Shown: positions 63,669 through 64,000 of the stretch, in pieces
How positions within the stretch are numbered: position 1 is the first letter of the stretch
Layout: every line of letters starts with the position of its first letter
Source: an uncultured Alphaproteobacteria bacterium
GTDB taxonomy: Bacteria > Pseudomonadota > Alphaproteobacteria > Rhizobiales > Rhodomicrobiaceae
Assembly: GCA_963731855.1 (NCBI GenBank)
Contig: CAVSXH010000002.1
Location: 2,747 to 66,746 of the forward strand
Direction of reading: 5' to 3'
DNA length: 64,000 bases
The notes under the pieces: model-generated
The model's database searches: none
What the model was told of the DNA's origin: nothing
The model's input: only the letters and a program-made list of their open reading frames with translations
Translations under genes and position numbers: made by a program

Positions 63669-64000
63669 TCAGCGCCTCCCCAGAATGCGGTCGAGATCCA
63701 GCCTTGCGAGCAAGGCGAGGGTCAGCGCGCCGATAAAGATGGTGACGACGACCGCGAGCGCCGAGCCGAGCGGCCAGTTCTGTGAATAGGTGAAGGCGAT
63801 CTCGATGTCGTGCGAAATGACGATGATGGACTGGCCGCCGAGAATTTTCGCCTCCGCCGTCGCGCCGATGGCCAGCACGAAAGTCAGCAGCATCCCGATC
63901 AGAATACCCGGCATGGCGAGCGGCAATTCGATCTCGCGCCAGATTTGCAGACGTCCGGCGCCCAGATCTTGCGCGGCGTCGATGAGATCGCGCGGCACCA
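63669..64000 (-). CDS. ABC permease (PotB-like), partial at window edge
   Basis: DAAQDLGA, LPLAMPG, ILGG, NWPLGSA. Confidence 0.88.
   Translation of the reverse strand, partial: VPRDLIDAAQDLGAGRLQIWREIELPLAMPGILIGMLLTFVLAIGATAEAKILGGQSIIVISHDIEIAFTYSQNWPLGSALAVVVTIFIGALTLALLARLDLDRILGRR

Overview
GC-rich alphaproteobacterial chromosome segment. Gene content (hemC-hemD-Mic60-hemY, serC leader, bactofilin, DUF2794, CTAG-bounded palindromic repeats) suggests Hyphomicrobiales; this taxonomy is inferred. Most of the window is housekeeping or metabolic: RND pump, tesA-ybbAP, gpsA-tsaD, hem genes, two-subunit methylmalonyl-CoA mutase plus meaB, YhdP-like protein, serA-serC. Many genes in the first ~30 kb are broken by single-base indels, probably sequencing or assembly error. 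The strongest candidate system is an islet at 30.1-37.7 kb. It holds an IS701 relic, an RpfF-type DSF synthase and an RpfC-type sensor, but the RpfG c-di-GMP phosphodiesterase position is taken by a REC-PAS kinase with a PleC/DivJ-like core. Other candidates are a GANTC/CtrA-marked small gene followed by a GU-rich periodic repeat tract, a likely intergenic sRNA, a secreted Lys-rich peptide, and an ABC-linked hydrolase/kinase/PLP-lyase catabolic operon. All calls come from motif recognition by eye; no database search was run.
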